Source: Candidatus Nanopelagicales bacterium (GTDB taxonomy: Bacteria > Actinomycetota > Actinomycetes > Nanopelagicales > Nanopelagicaceae). From it: a stretch of 40,166 bases of DNA. A model generated the notes under the pieces. The model ran no database searches, was not told where the DNA came from, and was given only the letters and a program-made list of their open reading frames with translations. A program made the translations under genes and the position numbers. The stretch lies in assembly GCA_030832365.1 (NCBI GenBank), contig JAURJF010000002.1, positions 1 to 40,166 of the forward strand, given 5' to 3'. Shown here one piece after another: positions 30,910-40,166 of the stretch; the stretch's first letter is position 1; each line of letters starts with the position of its first letter.

Positions 30910-30982
30910 TGCCTCGAGTCGGATTTGAACCGACACTATGCGGTGTTTGAGACCGCCCTCTCTACCGTTGGAGTACCGAGGC
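30910..30982 (-). tRNA. tRNA with anticodon CAA (nominally tRNA-Leu), 73 nt, with only a 5-nt variable loop; no encoded CCA
   Basis: Manual cloverleaf on the reverse strand. Acceptor GCCUCGG/UCGAGGC. D-stem CUC/GAG with loop CAACGGUAGA. Anticodon stem GCGGU/ACCGC with loop CU-CAA-AC (anticodon at 30949-30947). Variable region AUAGU (30939-30935). T-arm GUCGG-UUCAAAU-CCGAC. Discriminator A at 30910. Confidence 0.85.
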
Positions 30983-31003
30983 TAGATTGAATTAAAGATT
31001 ATT

Positions 31004-32443
31004 CTAGCGATAGGCAGGAGCCACGCCACTAACAGCATCTCCCACCTTATGAACGCGCATCGCATTGGTTGAGCCAGGAATTCCTGGCGGAGAACCAGCG
31101 ACGATCATGATTAACTCACCAATAGCTACTCTCTTACTCTCAATCAAAATCGTATCTACCTGCTTAACCATCTCATCAGTGGTGGTAACTAAAGGGGTAA
31201 GAAGTGGCTCAACCCCCCAAGTAAGTGCCATCTGGTTATAGGTGGCGGTATCTGGAGTTAGAGCCAATATTGGAATCGGTGATCTAAGTCTTGACATTCT
31301 TCTTGCTGAATCTCCGCTCTTAGTAAATGCCGACAAAACCTGGGCGCCAATTGTTAGACCAACCTCTGTTGCTGCCTTTGTTATTGCCCCGCCTTTAGTT
31401 TTGGGGTTGTGTTGAAGAGCTGGAATCAAATGAAGCGCCTCTTGCTCAGTTTTTTCAATAATTCGAGCCATTGTTGCAACAGCTTCAATAGCAAATGCTC
31501 CAACGCTAGTCTCTCCTGAGAGCATCAAGGCATCAGCTCCATCAAGGACTGCATTTGCGCAATCTGTTGCTTCAGCTCTTGTCGGCCTGGAGCTATTAAT
31601 CATTGAATCAAGCATCTGGGTTGCAACGATTACTGGCTTTGCATTCTCGCGAGCAAGGGTGATGCACCGCTTCTGTACAAGTGGAATATCTTCAATCGGC
31701 ATCTCAACGCCTAGATCGCCACGAGCAACCATAATTCCATCAAAGGCTAGGACTATCTCCTCCAGGTTCTCGACCGCCTGAGGTTTTTCAATCTTGGCAA
31801 TGACTGGAATGCGATGGCCTACCTCATCCATAATTTTATGAACATCATCTATATCTTTTGCAGATCTTACAAATGATAAGGCTATAAAGTCAGCGCCTGC
31901 TTTTAGTCCCCAACGCAAGTCCTCTATATCTTTCTCACTCATCGCAGGAACAGATACTGCAACACCTGGAAGATTTATTCCTTTGTTATTAGAGACAAAC
32001 CCTGGCTCAATTACTTTTGTTATGACATTGCTACCCTTAACCTCGATAACTTGAACCGTGACTTTTCCATCATCGATTAGAATTAAATCTCCAGCTCTGC
32101 AATCACCGGTAAGACCTTTATAAGTGGTTGAGACGCGAGACTTGTCGCCAGCAATATCATCGGTGGTGATTGTGAAAGTATCTCCACGGAATAATTCATG
32201 AGGACCGTTTTCAAATCTTCCAAGGCGAATTTTTGGTCCCTGAAGATCAACCATTATCGCTACAGGCTTTTTAACTCTGGCAGCTTCAGCTCTTACTAGA
32301 TCTAGGCGATTTTGATGTTCTTCATATCCGCCATGAGAGAGGTTAAGTCTGGCCACATTCATTCCTGCTTTGACTAGCTCAGAGACTTTCTCAACGCTCT
32401 CAACAGCAGGGCCCATAGTGCAGACAATTTTGGCGCGGCGCAT
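31004..32443 (-). CDS. pyk: Pyruvate kinase
   Basis: 479 aa. Motifs present: MRRAKIVCTMGPA, NLSHG, and IMVARGDLGVEMP. Full-length PK architecture including the C-terminal regulatory domain. Confidence 0.97.
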   Translation of the reverse strand: MRRAKIVCTMGPAVESVEKVSELVKAGMNVARLNLSHGGYEEHQNRLDLVRAEAARVKKPVAIMVDLQGPKIRLGRFENGPHELFRGDTFTITTDDIAGDKSRVSTTYKGLTGDCRAGDLILIDDGKVTVQVIEVKGSNVITKVIEPGFVSNNKGINLPGVAVSVPAMSEKDIEDLRWGLKAGADFIALSFVRSAKDIDDVHKIMDEVGHRIPVIAKIEKPQAVENLEEIVLAFDGIMVARGDLGVEMPIEDIPLVQKRCITLARENAKPVIVATQMLDSMINSSRPTRAEATDCANAVLDGADALMLSGETSVGAFAIEAVATMARIIEKTEQEALHLIPALQHNPKTKGGAITKAATEVGLTIGAQVLSAFTKSGDSARRMSRLRSPIPILALTPDTATYNQMALTWGVEPLLTPLVTTTDEMVKQVDTILIESKRVAIGELIMIVAGSPPGIPGSTNAMRVHKVGDAVSGVAPAYR

Positions 32444-32490
32444 GTGCTTACTTTATTGCCTTATTTGGCATAAGAGTAATTAACAAGGAT

Positions 32491-33948
32491 TTAAACCGTT
32501 AGCGGTCGAGAAGTTGGCTCTATCGGCGATGGCAATTGCGTTTGTCCCATTAAATCTGCATCAACTGCTGAAGCTGCGCTTCGCCCCTCTGCAATCGCCC
32601 AAACAATTAGCGATTGACCACGCCCTGCATCGCCGCAGATATAGACTGAATCAACATTGGTGCGATATGAATTATCGCGAGCAATGTTTCCACGAGAATC
32701 AAGTTTTAACTCGAGTGCATTAACTAATTCATTCTTCTCAGGTCCAGTAAAGCCCATTGCAAGTAAGACCATATCGGCTGGAAGATTCTTTGAAGTCCCT
32801 GGAATTTTTTCAAACTTTCCATCAACATACTTGGTCTCGACAATTTTCAAGGCAGTTAATTGGCCATCGCTATCTCCAATAAATTCCTCGGTTGAAATTG
32901 AATAAAGCCTCTCGCCTGATTCCTCATGGGCGCTACTTACTCGATAAGTCATTGGGTAAGTTGGCCATGGCTGTGAGTCAGGACGCTCATCACTTGGCCT
33001 TGGCATAATCTCAATCTGGGTAACGCTTGTAGCTCCTTGGCGGATTGCAGTTCCTAAGCAATCAGCTCCAGTATCGCCTCCTCCCAAAATGATTACATTT
33101 TTGCCCTTGGCATTAATTGGTGGCTCAGAAGGTAATTCATTAAGAGCTTGTTTATTTCCCCATGGCAGATATTCCATCGCCTGATAGACACCACTAAGTG
33201 TTCGTCCCGGGATATCTAATTCTCGCCACTGCGTTGCCCCTACAGCTAAAACTATTGCATCATATTTAGCGCGAAGATCTGCAGCGCTGATATCAACTCC
33301 AACATTAACGCCTGCTCTAAATCTTGTTCCCTCTCGCTGCATCTGATTTATGCGGCGATCAAGGACTGACTTCTCCATTTTAAATTCTGGAATTCCATAT
33401 CGAAGCAATCCGCCAACCTTTTCGCCCTTTTCATAGACCACAACGGTATGACCCGCTCTAGTTAATTGCTGTGCTGCTGCAAGTCCTGCTGGACCTGAAC
33501 CAATTACTGCAATGGTTTTGCCAGTCATCCGATCTGGTTGAAGTGGCTTCACATTTCCAGTTTGAAATCCCTCTTCAATAATTCTTAACTCAACTTGTTT
33601 AATAGTTACTGGATCTTGATTTATACCTAGAACGCAAGATGTTTCACAGGGAGCAGGGCAGAGTCGTCCAGTAAATTCTGGGAAATTATTAGTTGCATGG
33701 AGGCGATCTAAGGCATCGCTACGTTCATTTCGCCAAATCAGGTCATTCCACTCTGGAATTAAGTTTCCTAACGGACATCCCTGATGGCAGAAAGGAATCC
33801 CACAATCCATACACCTTCCTGCCTGTTTCTGCAGAGATGAGAACTCTTGCTCTTCATAGACCTCACGCCAATCTCTGATTCGAACATCAACTGGGCGACG
33901 CTTAGGAACTTCTCTTCCAGTATTTAAAAAACCACGGGGATCAGCCAT
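32491..33948 (-). CDS. gltD: Glutamate synthase (NADPH) small subunit
   Basis: 485 aa. It has N-terminal Fe-S Cys clusters ([23 protein letters not shown]) and the dinucleotide fold [12 protein letters not shown]. The ATG overlaps the gltB stop by 8 nt. Confidence 0.95.
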   Translation of the reverse strand: MADPRGFLNTGREVPKRRPVDVRIRDWREVYEEQEFSSLQKQAGRCMDCGIPFCHQGCPLGNLIPEWNDLIWRNERSDALDRLHATNNFPEFTGRLCPAPCETSCVLGINQDPVTIKQVELRIIEEGFQTGNVKPLQPDRMTGKTIAVIGSGPAGLAAAQQLTRAGHTVVVYEKGEKVGGLLRYGIPEFKMEKSVLDRRINQMQREGTRFRAGVNVGVDISAADLRAKYDAIVLAVGATQWRELDIPGRTLSGVYQAMEYLPWGNKQALNELPSEPPINAKGKNVIILGGGDTGADCLGTAIRQGATSVTQIEIMPRPSDERPDSQPWPTYPMTYRVSSAHEESGERLYSISTEEFIGDSDGQLTALKIVETKYVDGKFEKIPGTSKNLPADMVLLAMGFTGPEKNELVNALELKLDSRGNIARDNSYRTNVDSVYICGDAGRGQSLIVWAIAEGRSAASAVDADLMGQTQLPSPIEPTSRPLTV

Positions 33949-36900
33949 TTAGCGCCTCCATAATTGCATCATCTGAAGATTTTCCTTCACGCTCTGCCTT
34001 ATCAATAACTGCCAGCACCTTGGCATAATCTCTTGGCATCACTAGTGAGAACCTCTTGAGAGCTGCTTGCCAATCGCCTAGCAATTCATGAGCAATCAGA
34101 GAGCCGGTCTCTGCATAGAAGCGAGAGAGTATGGATTCAAGTCTCTCCTCTTGATCTTTAGGGATAGATAGAACATCTACCATCTCGGTATTTACTAGAG
34201 ATGGGATTAAGTCAAGAACAAATGCTCGACCACCTGACATGCCAGCTGCAAAGTTTCGCCCTGTCTTGCCAAGGATTACAACGCTTCCCCCAGTCATATA
34301 CTCGCATCCATGATCGCCAACGCCTTCAACTACTGCTAGCGCGCCAGAATTTCTTACACAGAATCTCTCGCCAACTATTCCTCTTACAAAAATTTCACCT
34401 TGAGTTGCGCCATATCCAATAACGTTTCCGGCAATTACATTTTCATGGGAGGCAAACTTTGCCTTCTCATCAGGGCGCAGAATTACTCGCCCTCCAGATA
34501 AGCCCTTTCCAAGATAATCATTGGTATCTCCATAGAGGCGAAGAGTTAGCCCGCGTGGAATAAATGCTCCTAGTGATTGACCTGCAGAGCCATGGAAGGT
34601 GATATCAATTGTGTCATCGGCAAGTCCTTGGCCGCCATACTTTCTAGTAATTTCAGAGCCCAGCATCGTTCCCACTGTGCGATTCCCATTTCTAATTTTC
34701 ATCTGCAGTCTGATTGGATTGCCATTTACTAAAGCATCCTCTGAAAGTCTTATTAACTCATTATCTAAAGCTGGCTCAAGCCCATGATCTTGAGTTACCG
34801 TATTTCTCCGCGCAGAGCTTGATGCGGGCGCTGGAGCGGTAAGTATTGGCGTTAAATCAAGGCCACTCGCCTTCCAATGCTCCACTGCATCAGTAGTTTC
34901 TAGGCTTTCAACTTCTCCCACTGCTTCGCTAAGACTTCTAAATCCTAGGCTTGCAAGAATCTCTCTTACCTCCTGAGCGATATATTCAAAGAAAGTTTCC
35001 ACAAACTCTGGCTTTCCAGTAAAGCGCTTTCTTAGCTCTGGATTCTGGGTTGCCACGCCAACTGGGCAGGTATCTAAGTGACAGACTCGCATCATCACAC
35101 AACCTGAAACCACAAGAGGGGCCGTAGCAAAACCAAATTCCTCTGCTCCAAGTAGAGCTGCAATTACCACATCTCTACCTGTCTTCATCTGTCCATCAGT
35201 TTGAACCACGATGCGATCTCTAAGTCCATTTAGCATCAGAGTCTGTTGCGTTTCAGCTAGACCAAGCTCCCAAGGCGCGCCAGCATGTTTGAGAGAAGTT
35301 AGTGGCGAAGCGCCAGTTCCACCATCATGACCAGAGATTAAAACTACATCGGCATGCGCCTTGCTAACTCCTGCAGCAACAGTGCCAACGCCAACTTCAG
35401 CAACAAGTTTTACATGGATTCGCGCTCTGTTATTAGCGTTCTTTAAATCATGGATTAGTTGAGCCAAATCTTCAATTGAGTAAATGTCATGATGTGGCGG
35501 TGGTGAGATTAAACCAACTCCAGGCGTCGAGTAGCGAACCTTGGCAATCCAAGGATAAATCTTATTTCCAGGCAATTGTCCGCCCTCGCCAGGTTTAGCT
35601 CCCTGCGCCATCTTTATCTGAATATCATCGGCATTTACTAAATACTCACTTGTTACACCAAATCTTCCTGAAGCAACTTGCTTGATTGCAGATCTTGCTG
35701 AATCTCCATTAGCTAGTGGAGTAAAGCGCTCGGGATCTTCTCCGCCTTCGCCAGTATTTGATTTAGCGCCAATTCGATTCATCGCAATTGCTAGAGTTTC
35801 ATGAGCTTCCTGCGAAATTGAGCCATAAGACATAGCTCCAGTTGAAAATCTCTTAACAATTTCTGAGATCGGTTCAACCTCATCAATTCCTACTGGGGCT
35901 CTTAAGCCCTGCTTGAACGAGAAGAGTCCGCGAAGAGTCATCAAGGATTTAGATTGATCATCTACTCTCTTGGTATATCGCTGGAAGATGTCATAGCGCT
36001 TTGATCTTGTGGCATGTTGGAGAGCAAAGACAGTCTCTGGATCAAAGAGATGAGGTTCACCATCTCGCCTCCATTGATACTCCCCGCCAATTGGAAGTCG
36101 CTTAGAACCAGGAACTTCTCCCCCAGGTGGATAGGCGATGTGATGGCGCGCAATAGTCTCTTGAGCAATTACTTCAAGATCTACCCCGCCAAGGCGCGAG
36201 GTTGTTCCTACGAAATATTCATTGACCAAGCCTTGTGATAACCCAATTGCTTCAAATACTTGTGCTCCGGTGTATGAGGCAATTGTTGAAATTCCCATCT
36301 TGGACATAACTTTCAAAACGCCTTTACCCAATGACTTAATTAAGTTCTTAACTGCCTTCTCTGGAGTAATTCCCGTGATAACTCCTGTTAAGACTAAATC
36401 TTCTGCGCTCTCCATCGCTAGATAAGGATTTACAGCAGCTGCTCCATATCCAATTAATAGCGACACATGATGAACTTCTCTGACCTCACCGCTTTCAACA
36501 ACTAAGCCAACTTTTGTTCTAGTTTTCTCACGAATTAAATGATGATGTACTGCTGAGGTTAAAAGTAGAGATGGAATTGGGGCATTTTCTGCATCCCCAT
36601 CGCGATCAGAGAGAATAATGATTCGCGCTCCTTGGGAGATTGCCTCAGATACCTCTGCTCGAATCTCCTCAATTCTCTCCTGCAACCCCTGGCCACTTCT
36701 TGAAATTGGAAAGAGGCCGCGAATTACATAGGTTGAGAGCCCAGGATGATTATTATCGGCATTAACGTGAATTATTTTGGCGAGCTCATCATTATCAATA
36801 ACCGGAAAGGCTAAAGAAATCTGTCTACATGATGCTGGACCAGGATCTAGAAGATTATGTTCTGGGCCAATAGATCCCCCAAGTGAAGTGACTAGCTCCT

Positions 36901-38458
36901 CTCTTATGGCATCAAGTGGTGGATTAGTAACTTGAGCAAAGAGCTGTGAGAAGTAATCAAAGAGGAGTCTTGGCTTGGCAGAGAGAGCAGCAATTGGAGT
37001 ATCAGTTCCCATAGAGCCGATTGGTTCAATTCCACTCTTAGCCATCGGGGTTACAATCATTCTTAACTCTTCTTCGGTATAACCAAATGCGCGCTGTCTT
37101 CTTAAGACGGAGGAGTGCGGATAAATAATGTGCTCTCTTGCTGGCAAATCTGGAAGGCGAACAATTCCGGCATGGAGCCACTCTCCATATGGCGCGTTAT
37201 CTGCAAGGCTCTGCTTGATCTCTTCATCTTCAATTATGCGACCAGATTGGATATCAACTAGGAACATACGACCTGGTTGAAGTCTTCCCTTTCTAATCAC
37301 TTTCTCTTGTGGAATATCTAGCACTCCAACTTCACTTGCCAGCACTACTAAGCCATCATCTGTTACCCAATAGCGAGATGGGCGTAATCCATTTCGATCT
37401 AATACCGCGCCAATCTGCTTTCCATCTGTAAATGTCACGCAAGCTGGTCCATCCCATGGCTCCATAAGAGATGCGTGAAAACGATAGAACTCCTTTAATT
37501 TCTCAGGCATCGTTTCATGATTCTCCCAAGCCTCTGGAATCATCATAAGAATTGAATGTGCAAGGCTGCGCCCGCCGAGATAGAGCAGTTCTAATACCTC
37601 ATCAAAGGATGCAGAATCACTTCCTGAAGGATCAACGATTGGAAATAGTCGAGATATATCGCCAGGGATCAGATCGCTTTCAAGGAGCGCTTCACGAGCT
37701 GCCATCCAATTTCGATTACCTCTTAACGTATTTATCTCACCATTGTGAGCAATGAATCGGTATGGATGGGCAAGTGGCCAAGATGGAAAAGTATTGGTAG
37801 AAAATCTTGAGTGAACTAGAGCAAGAGGTGATACCAAGCGCGGATCTGAAAGATCAGGAAAGAACTCCTCCAATTGCCCTGTGGTGAGCATGCCTTTGTA
37901 GACAATCGTTCTACTTGAGAGCGAAGAGAAATAAATTGAGAGCTCATGCTCAACTCTCTTTCTAAAGCAGAATGCTCTTCGATCTAAATCTAAATCACTA
38001 ACTCCATCTTCGGATGAAACAAATATCTGCTCAAACTCTGGCATAACTGATAAAGCTGTTGCTCCAATAGATGTTGCATTAATCGGCAGCTTGCGCCAAC
38101 CAAGAACTTTAAGATTCTCCTGGCTTGCAATCTGCTCAATTCGTGATTTATTTGCAAAATTCTTTGGCAAGAAGGCAACGCCAGCTGCATAACTAAGAGG
38201 TGATGGCAACTCAAATGGGAGAACTTCACGGAAGAATTGATCAGGGATGCAAATTAGAATTCCAGCGCCATCACCGCTATTAACTTCAGCCCCTGATGCG
38301 CCGCGATGCTCTAAATTCCTTAAGGCAATTAGCCCTTTTGCAATAATGTCATGAGTAGCAACTTTATTAAGGGTAGCCACCATCGCAACACCACAAGCAT
38401 CATGCTCGTTGGCAGGGTCATAGAGACCCACTGCCTTTGGTAGAGATGAGAAGACCAC
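33941..38458 (-). CDS. gltB: Glutamate synthase large subunit
   Basis: 1505 aa. It has the Ntn-amidotransferase catalytic Cys after a short propeptide ([11 protein letters not shown]), a central domain, the FMN/3Fe-4S domain, and a C-terminal GXGXG beta-helix. GTG start with GGGAG 7 nt upstream. Confidence 0.98.
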   Translation of the reverse strand: MVFSSLPKAVGLYDPANEHDACGVAMVATLNKVATHDIIAKGLIALRNLEHRGASGAEVNSGDGAGILICIPDQFFREVLPFELPSPLSYAAGVAFLPKNFANKSRIEQIASQENLKVLGWRKLPINATSIGATALSVMPEFEQIFVSSEDGVSDLDLDRRAFCFRKRVEHELSIYFSSLSSRTIVYKGMLTTGQLEEFFPDLSDPRLVSPLALVHSRFSTNTFPSWPLAHPYRFIAHNGEINTLRGNRNWMAAREALLESDLIPGDISRLFPIVDPSGSDSASFDEVLELLYLGGRSLAHSILMMIPEAWENHETMPEKLKEFYRFHASLMEPWDGPACVTFTDGKQIGAVLDRNGLRPSRYWVTDDGLVVLASEVGVLDIPQEKVIRKGRLQPGRMFLVDIQSGRIIEDEEIKQSLADNAPYGEWLHAGIVRLPDLPAREHIIYPHSSVLRRQRAFGYTEEELRMIVTPMAKSGIEPIGSMGTDTPIAALSAKPRLLFDYFSQLFAQVTNPPLDAIREELVTSLGGSIGPEHNLLDPGPASCRQISLAFPVIDNDELAKIIHVNADNNHPGLSTYVIRGLFPISRSGQGLQERIEEIRAEVSEAISQGARIIILSDRDGDAENAPIPSLLLTSAVHHHLIREKTRTKVGLVVESGEVREVHHVSLLIGYGAAAVNPYLAMESAEDLVLTGVITGITPEKAVKNLIKSLGKGVLKVMSKMGISTIASYTGAQVFEAIGLSQGLVNEYFVGTTSRLGGVDLEVIAQETIARHHIAYPPGGEVPGSKRLPIGGEYQWRRDGEPHLFDPETVFALQHATRSKRYDIFQRYTKRVDDQSKSLMTLRGLFSFKQGLRAPVGIDEVEPISEIVKRFSTGAMSYGSISQEAHETLAIAMNRIGAKSNTGEGGEDPERFTPLANGDSARSAIKQVASGRFGVTSEYLVNADDIQIKMAQGAKPGEGGQLPGNKIYPWIAKVRYSTPGVGLISPPPHHDIYSIEDLAQLIHDLKNANNRARIHVKLVAEVGVGTVAAGVSKAHADVVLISGHDGGTGASPLTSLKHAGAPWELGLAETQQTLMLNGLRDRIVVQTDGQMKTGRDVVIAALLGAEEFGFATAPLVVSGCVMMRVCHLDTCPVGVATQNPELRKRFTGKPEFVETFFEYIAQEVREILASLGFRSLSEAVGEVESLETTDAVEHWKASGLDLTPILTAPAPASSSARRNTVTQDHGLEPALDNELIRLSEDALVNGNPIRLQMKIRNGNRTVGTMLGSEITRKYGGQGLADDTIDITFHGSAGQSLGAFIPRGLTLRLYGDTNDYLGKGLSGGRVILRPDEKAKFASHENVIAGNVIGYGATQGEIFVRGIVGERFCVRNSGALAVVEGVGDHGCEYMTGGSVVILGKTGRNFAAGMSGGRAFVLDLIPSLVNTEMVDVLSIPKDQEERLESILSRFYAETGSLIAHELLGDWQAALKRFSLVMPRDYAKVLAVIDKAEREGKSSDDAIMEALNG

Positions 38459-38587
38459 TTATCGCTCCCATAAATAAAATTGGTTTACTTCGAGTTTTTT
38501 CTTTAATGATTAACTCTCAAAGTTACTGGGACAACGACGGCCCTTAGAGGGGAGTAATCTAGCAAGAACTAGCTTTTTTGGCGCGTG

Positions 38588-39295
38588 CTAGAGCCCAGAG
38601 ATATGGGCAATCTGACCAACTGATGCTGTTATCGCCATTCCCAGAGCGCCGCCAAAGAGGATCCGAAGGGTTGGTCGCCATATCGTTGAACCAGAAGTCT
38701 TTGCGGTAATTACTCCAGCAATGAGCAGGCCAAGGAATGTAATAGCAACAATTGATGCTGCTTTCCCGCCAAGGCTTGGCGAGAGCGCTCCAATAAGAGG
38801 AATCGCTCCTCCAAAAGTAAAGCTAAGAGCAGAGGCGATTGCTGCCTGCATCGGGCGAGCCTTAGTTAACTCATATTGGCCTAATTCATCGCGTAAATGA
38901 GCCCCGAGTGCGTCATGAGCATGTAGTTCCTGAGCAACTTTCTCAGCTGTTGATCGCGATAAACCTCTTGATTGATAAATCTGAGTCAACTCTTCTAGCT
39001 CTCCTGCTGGATCAATTCGATGATGCTCTAGCTCCAAGATTCGATCTGACTCTTCAATATCGTTTTGTGATCTCACAGAGACATACTCTCCCACTGCCAT
39101 CGACATCGCTCCTGCTGCAATTCCCGCTATTCCAACAGTTAAGACAAAATCATTTTTTTGTGCAGAGACAATTCCAATCATTAGCGCTGCAGTTGAAACT
39201 AGCCCATCATTGACACCTAATACGGCAGCTCTAAGCCAACCTGCTCTATGGGTACGATGCTCAGCATTTCTTATCTCTAAGTCAGATTGGCTCAC
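38588..39295 (-). CDS. VIT1/CCC1-family membrane protein (putative Fe2+/Mn2+ transporter)
   Basis: 235 aa. It has the conserved RAAVLGVNDGLVST and GEYVSV motifs, an acidic cytoplasmic loop (ELEHHRIDPAGELEEL), and C-terminal TM helices. Confidence 0.85.
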   Translation of the reverse strand: MSQSDLEIRNAEHRTHRAGWLRAAVLGVNDGLVSTAALMIGIVSAQKNDFVLTVGIAGIAAGAMSMAVGEYVSVRSQNDIEESDRILELEHHRIDPAGELEELTQIYQSRGLSRSTAEKVAQELHAHDALGAHLRDELGQYELTKARPMQAAIASALSFTFGGAIPLIGALSPSLGGKAASIVAITFLGLLIAGVITAKTSGSTIWRPTLRILFGGALGMAITASVGQIAHISGL

Positions 39296-39299
39296 GACT

Positions 39300-40121
39300 T
39301 TACTTTACACTCGATTCTCTCGGTAATTGATTCTGACGCAGATAGATTAGAGAGCCAAAGAGTAGAACTATGCTCGTCCAAACATTGAGCCTAACGCCGA
39401 GAATCAAATTAGCTTCATCAATCCTAATCGTCTCAATTAGAGCTCTTACTAGGCAGTAAAGGGCAACATAGAGAGCAAAGATTGAACCAGGAGCAAACTT
39501 CTTACCTGATCCCAGCTTTATCAAAATGAAGGCTGCAATAAAGCACCAGATAGATTCATAGAGAAATACTGGGTGAAATGTTTCAACGCTTGAATATCCA
39601 ATAGGGCGATAAGCAGCAGGAATTTCAAGGGCCCATGGCGCATTTAGCTCCCGCCCAAATAGTTCTTTATTAAACCAATTTCCCCAGCGGCCAAGTCCTT
39701 GAGCTATTAGCAGACCTGGAGCTAGCGCATCAGCAAAGCTTGCAAAGGAAACATCGCCTCGAGATTTATTCCTGCGATATCCAATGTATGCGCCAAGAAG
39801 TCCAAGGGAGATTGCGCCCCAGATACCAAGACCGCCCTGCCAGATATAGAGGGCACTTAGTGGATCGCCATTTACTCCAAAATACGCCTGAGGAGAAGAA
39901 ATCACGTGATAGAGGCGACCGCCAATAATTCCAAATGGAACTGCAAAAATTGCTACATCGCTAACTACGCCTGCTCTGCCACCAAGTGAGACATACCTTC
40001 TATTACCAACATATACAGCAGCTACGATCCCAGCGATGATGCTTAGCGCATAGAAATGAAAAGTTAGTGGACCAATCTCTATTTGAGATTGAGCTGGAGA
40101 AGGGATAGCAGCAAAGATCAC
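39300..40121 (-). CDS. lgt: Prolipoprotein diacylglyceryl transferase
   Basis: 273-aa polytopic membrane protein with the Lgt signature GRWGNWFNKELFG and HPVFLYES. GTG start. Confidence 0.92.
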   Translation of the reverse strand: MIFAAIPSPAQSQIEIGPLTFHFYALSIIAGIVAAVYVGNRRYVSLGGRAGVVSDVAIFAVPFGIIGGRLYHVISSPQAYFGVNGDPLSALYIWQGGLGIWGAISLGLLGAYIGYRRNKSRGDVSFASFADALAPGLLIAQGLGRWGNWFNKELFGRELNAPWALEIPAAYRPIGYSSVETFHPVFLYESIWCFIAAFILIKLGSGKKFAPGSIFALYVALYCLVRALIETIRIDEANLILGVRLNVWTSIVLLFGSLIYLRQNQLPRESSVK

Positions 40122-40166
40122 TGCTTAGCTGCTTCGACCGCCGCCTCAAACTCCTCTAGTCTAAAT
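40118..40166 (-). CDS. 3' end of an upstream gene running off the window (possibly tryptophan synthase alpha chain, by synteny only)
   Basis: The reverse strand has an open frame from the window edge, ...FRLEEFEAAVEAAKQ*, ending at TGA 40120-40118. That TGA overlaps the lgt GTG (GTGA). Fifteen codons are too few to recognise the protein. The trpA guess rests only on the conserved trpA-lgt adjacency in Actinomycetota. Confidence 0.3.
   Translation of the reverse strand, partial: FRLEEFEAAVEAAKQ

Noticed and set aside
30910-30982. Reading the tRNA region on the plus strand gives an anticodon loop GU-UUG-AG, which would be tRNA-Gln(UUG), a normal class I tRNA.
   Set aside because: On the plus strand the would-be T-loop is UACCGUUG, with no TTC/GTTC motif. 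The D-loop AUUUGAA lacks GG, and acceptor pair 7:66 becomes an A-C mismatch. The minus strand has a perfect GGUUCAAAUCC T-arm, a GG-containing D-loop and a G.U pair, so the gene is on the minus strand with anticodon CAA.
38459-38587. GlnR-type nitrogen boxes (GTnAC-n6-GaAAC) or a terminator in the 129-bp region between the VIT gene and gltB.
   Set aside because: Only isolated half-site-like words are present (AGTAAC, AGTAAAC), with the wrong spacing and no GAAAC partners. The CTAG-N6-CTAG plus T6 element (38559-38579) has just 4 bp of stem, and its T-run is on the strand with no upstream gene. Neither call is supportable.

Overview
This 40.2-kb window is a very tightly packed stretch of core chromosome and shows no novel multi-gene system. 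I call 33 protein genes (two truncated by the window edges) and one tRNA. Summing the gaps between my calls gives about 1.05 kb of intergenic DNA, roughly 97% genic. About a dozen gene junctions are 1-11 nt overlaps of the ATGA, GTGA, TTGA or TAATG kind.

Gene content and order are typical of Actinomycetota:
- sufB-sufR, divergent from ctaA-tkt-tal-pgi
- rbpA, secG-tpiA-pgk-gap, and whiA-yvcK-rapZ-uvrC
- uvrA-uvrB-coaE, rpsA, polA
- livKHMGF, the ANTAR regulator pdtaR, pyk, gltBD, lgt, and probably the trpA tail

By eye the DNA is AT-rich for an actinobacterium. Together with the compaction, this suggests a genome-streamlined lineage such as freshwater acI/Nanopelagicales-like organisms; that is inference only.

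I found no mobile elements, CRISPR arrays, defence or toxin islands, biosynthetic clusters, or unexplained ORFs. Every long ORF is a recognisable housekeeping gene.

The points worth a second look are small-scale:
1. A 73-nt tRNA has a CAA (Leu) anticodon and a Leu-like D-arm but lacks the long variable arm expected of a bacterial tRNA-Leu.
2. That tRNA ends 1 nt before the pdtaR start codon.
3. A CAAC-N6-GTTG SufR-type palindrome lies inside the longest sufR ORF.
4. The locus reads tkt-tal-pgi where relatives carry tkt-tal-zwf-opcA-pgl.
5. uvrB, uvrA and uvrC are contiguous.
6. Two convergent gene pairs have overlapping or abutting stop codons.
7. Several very short intergenic regions have -10-like hexamers spaced for leaderless transcripts.
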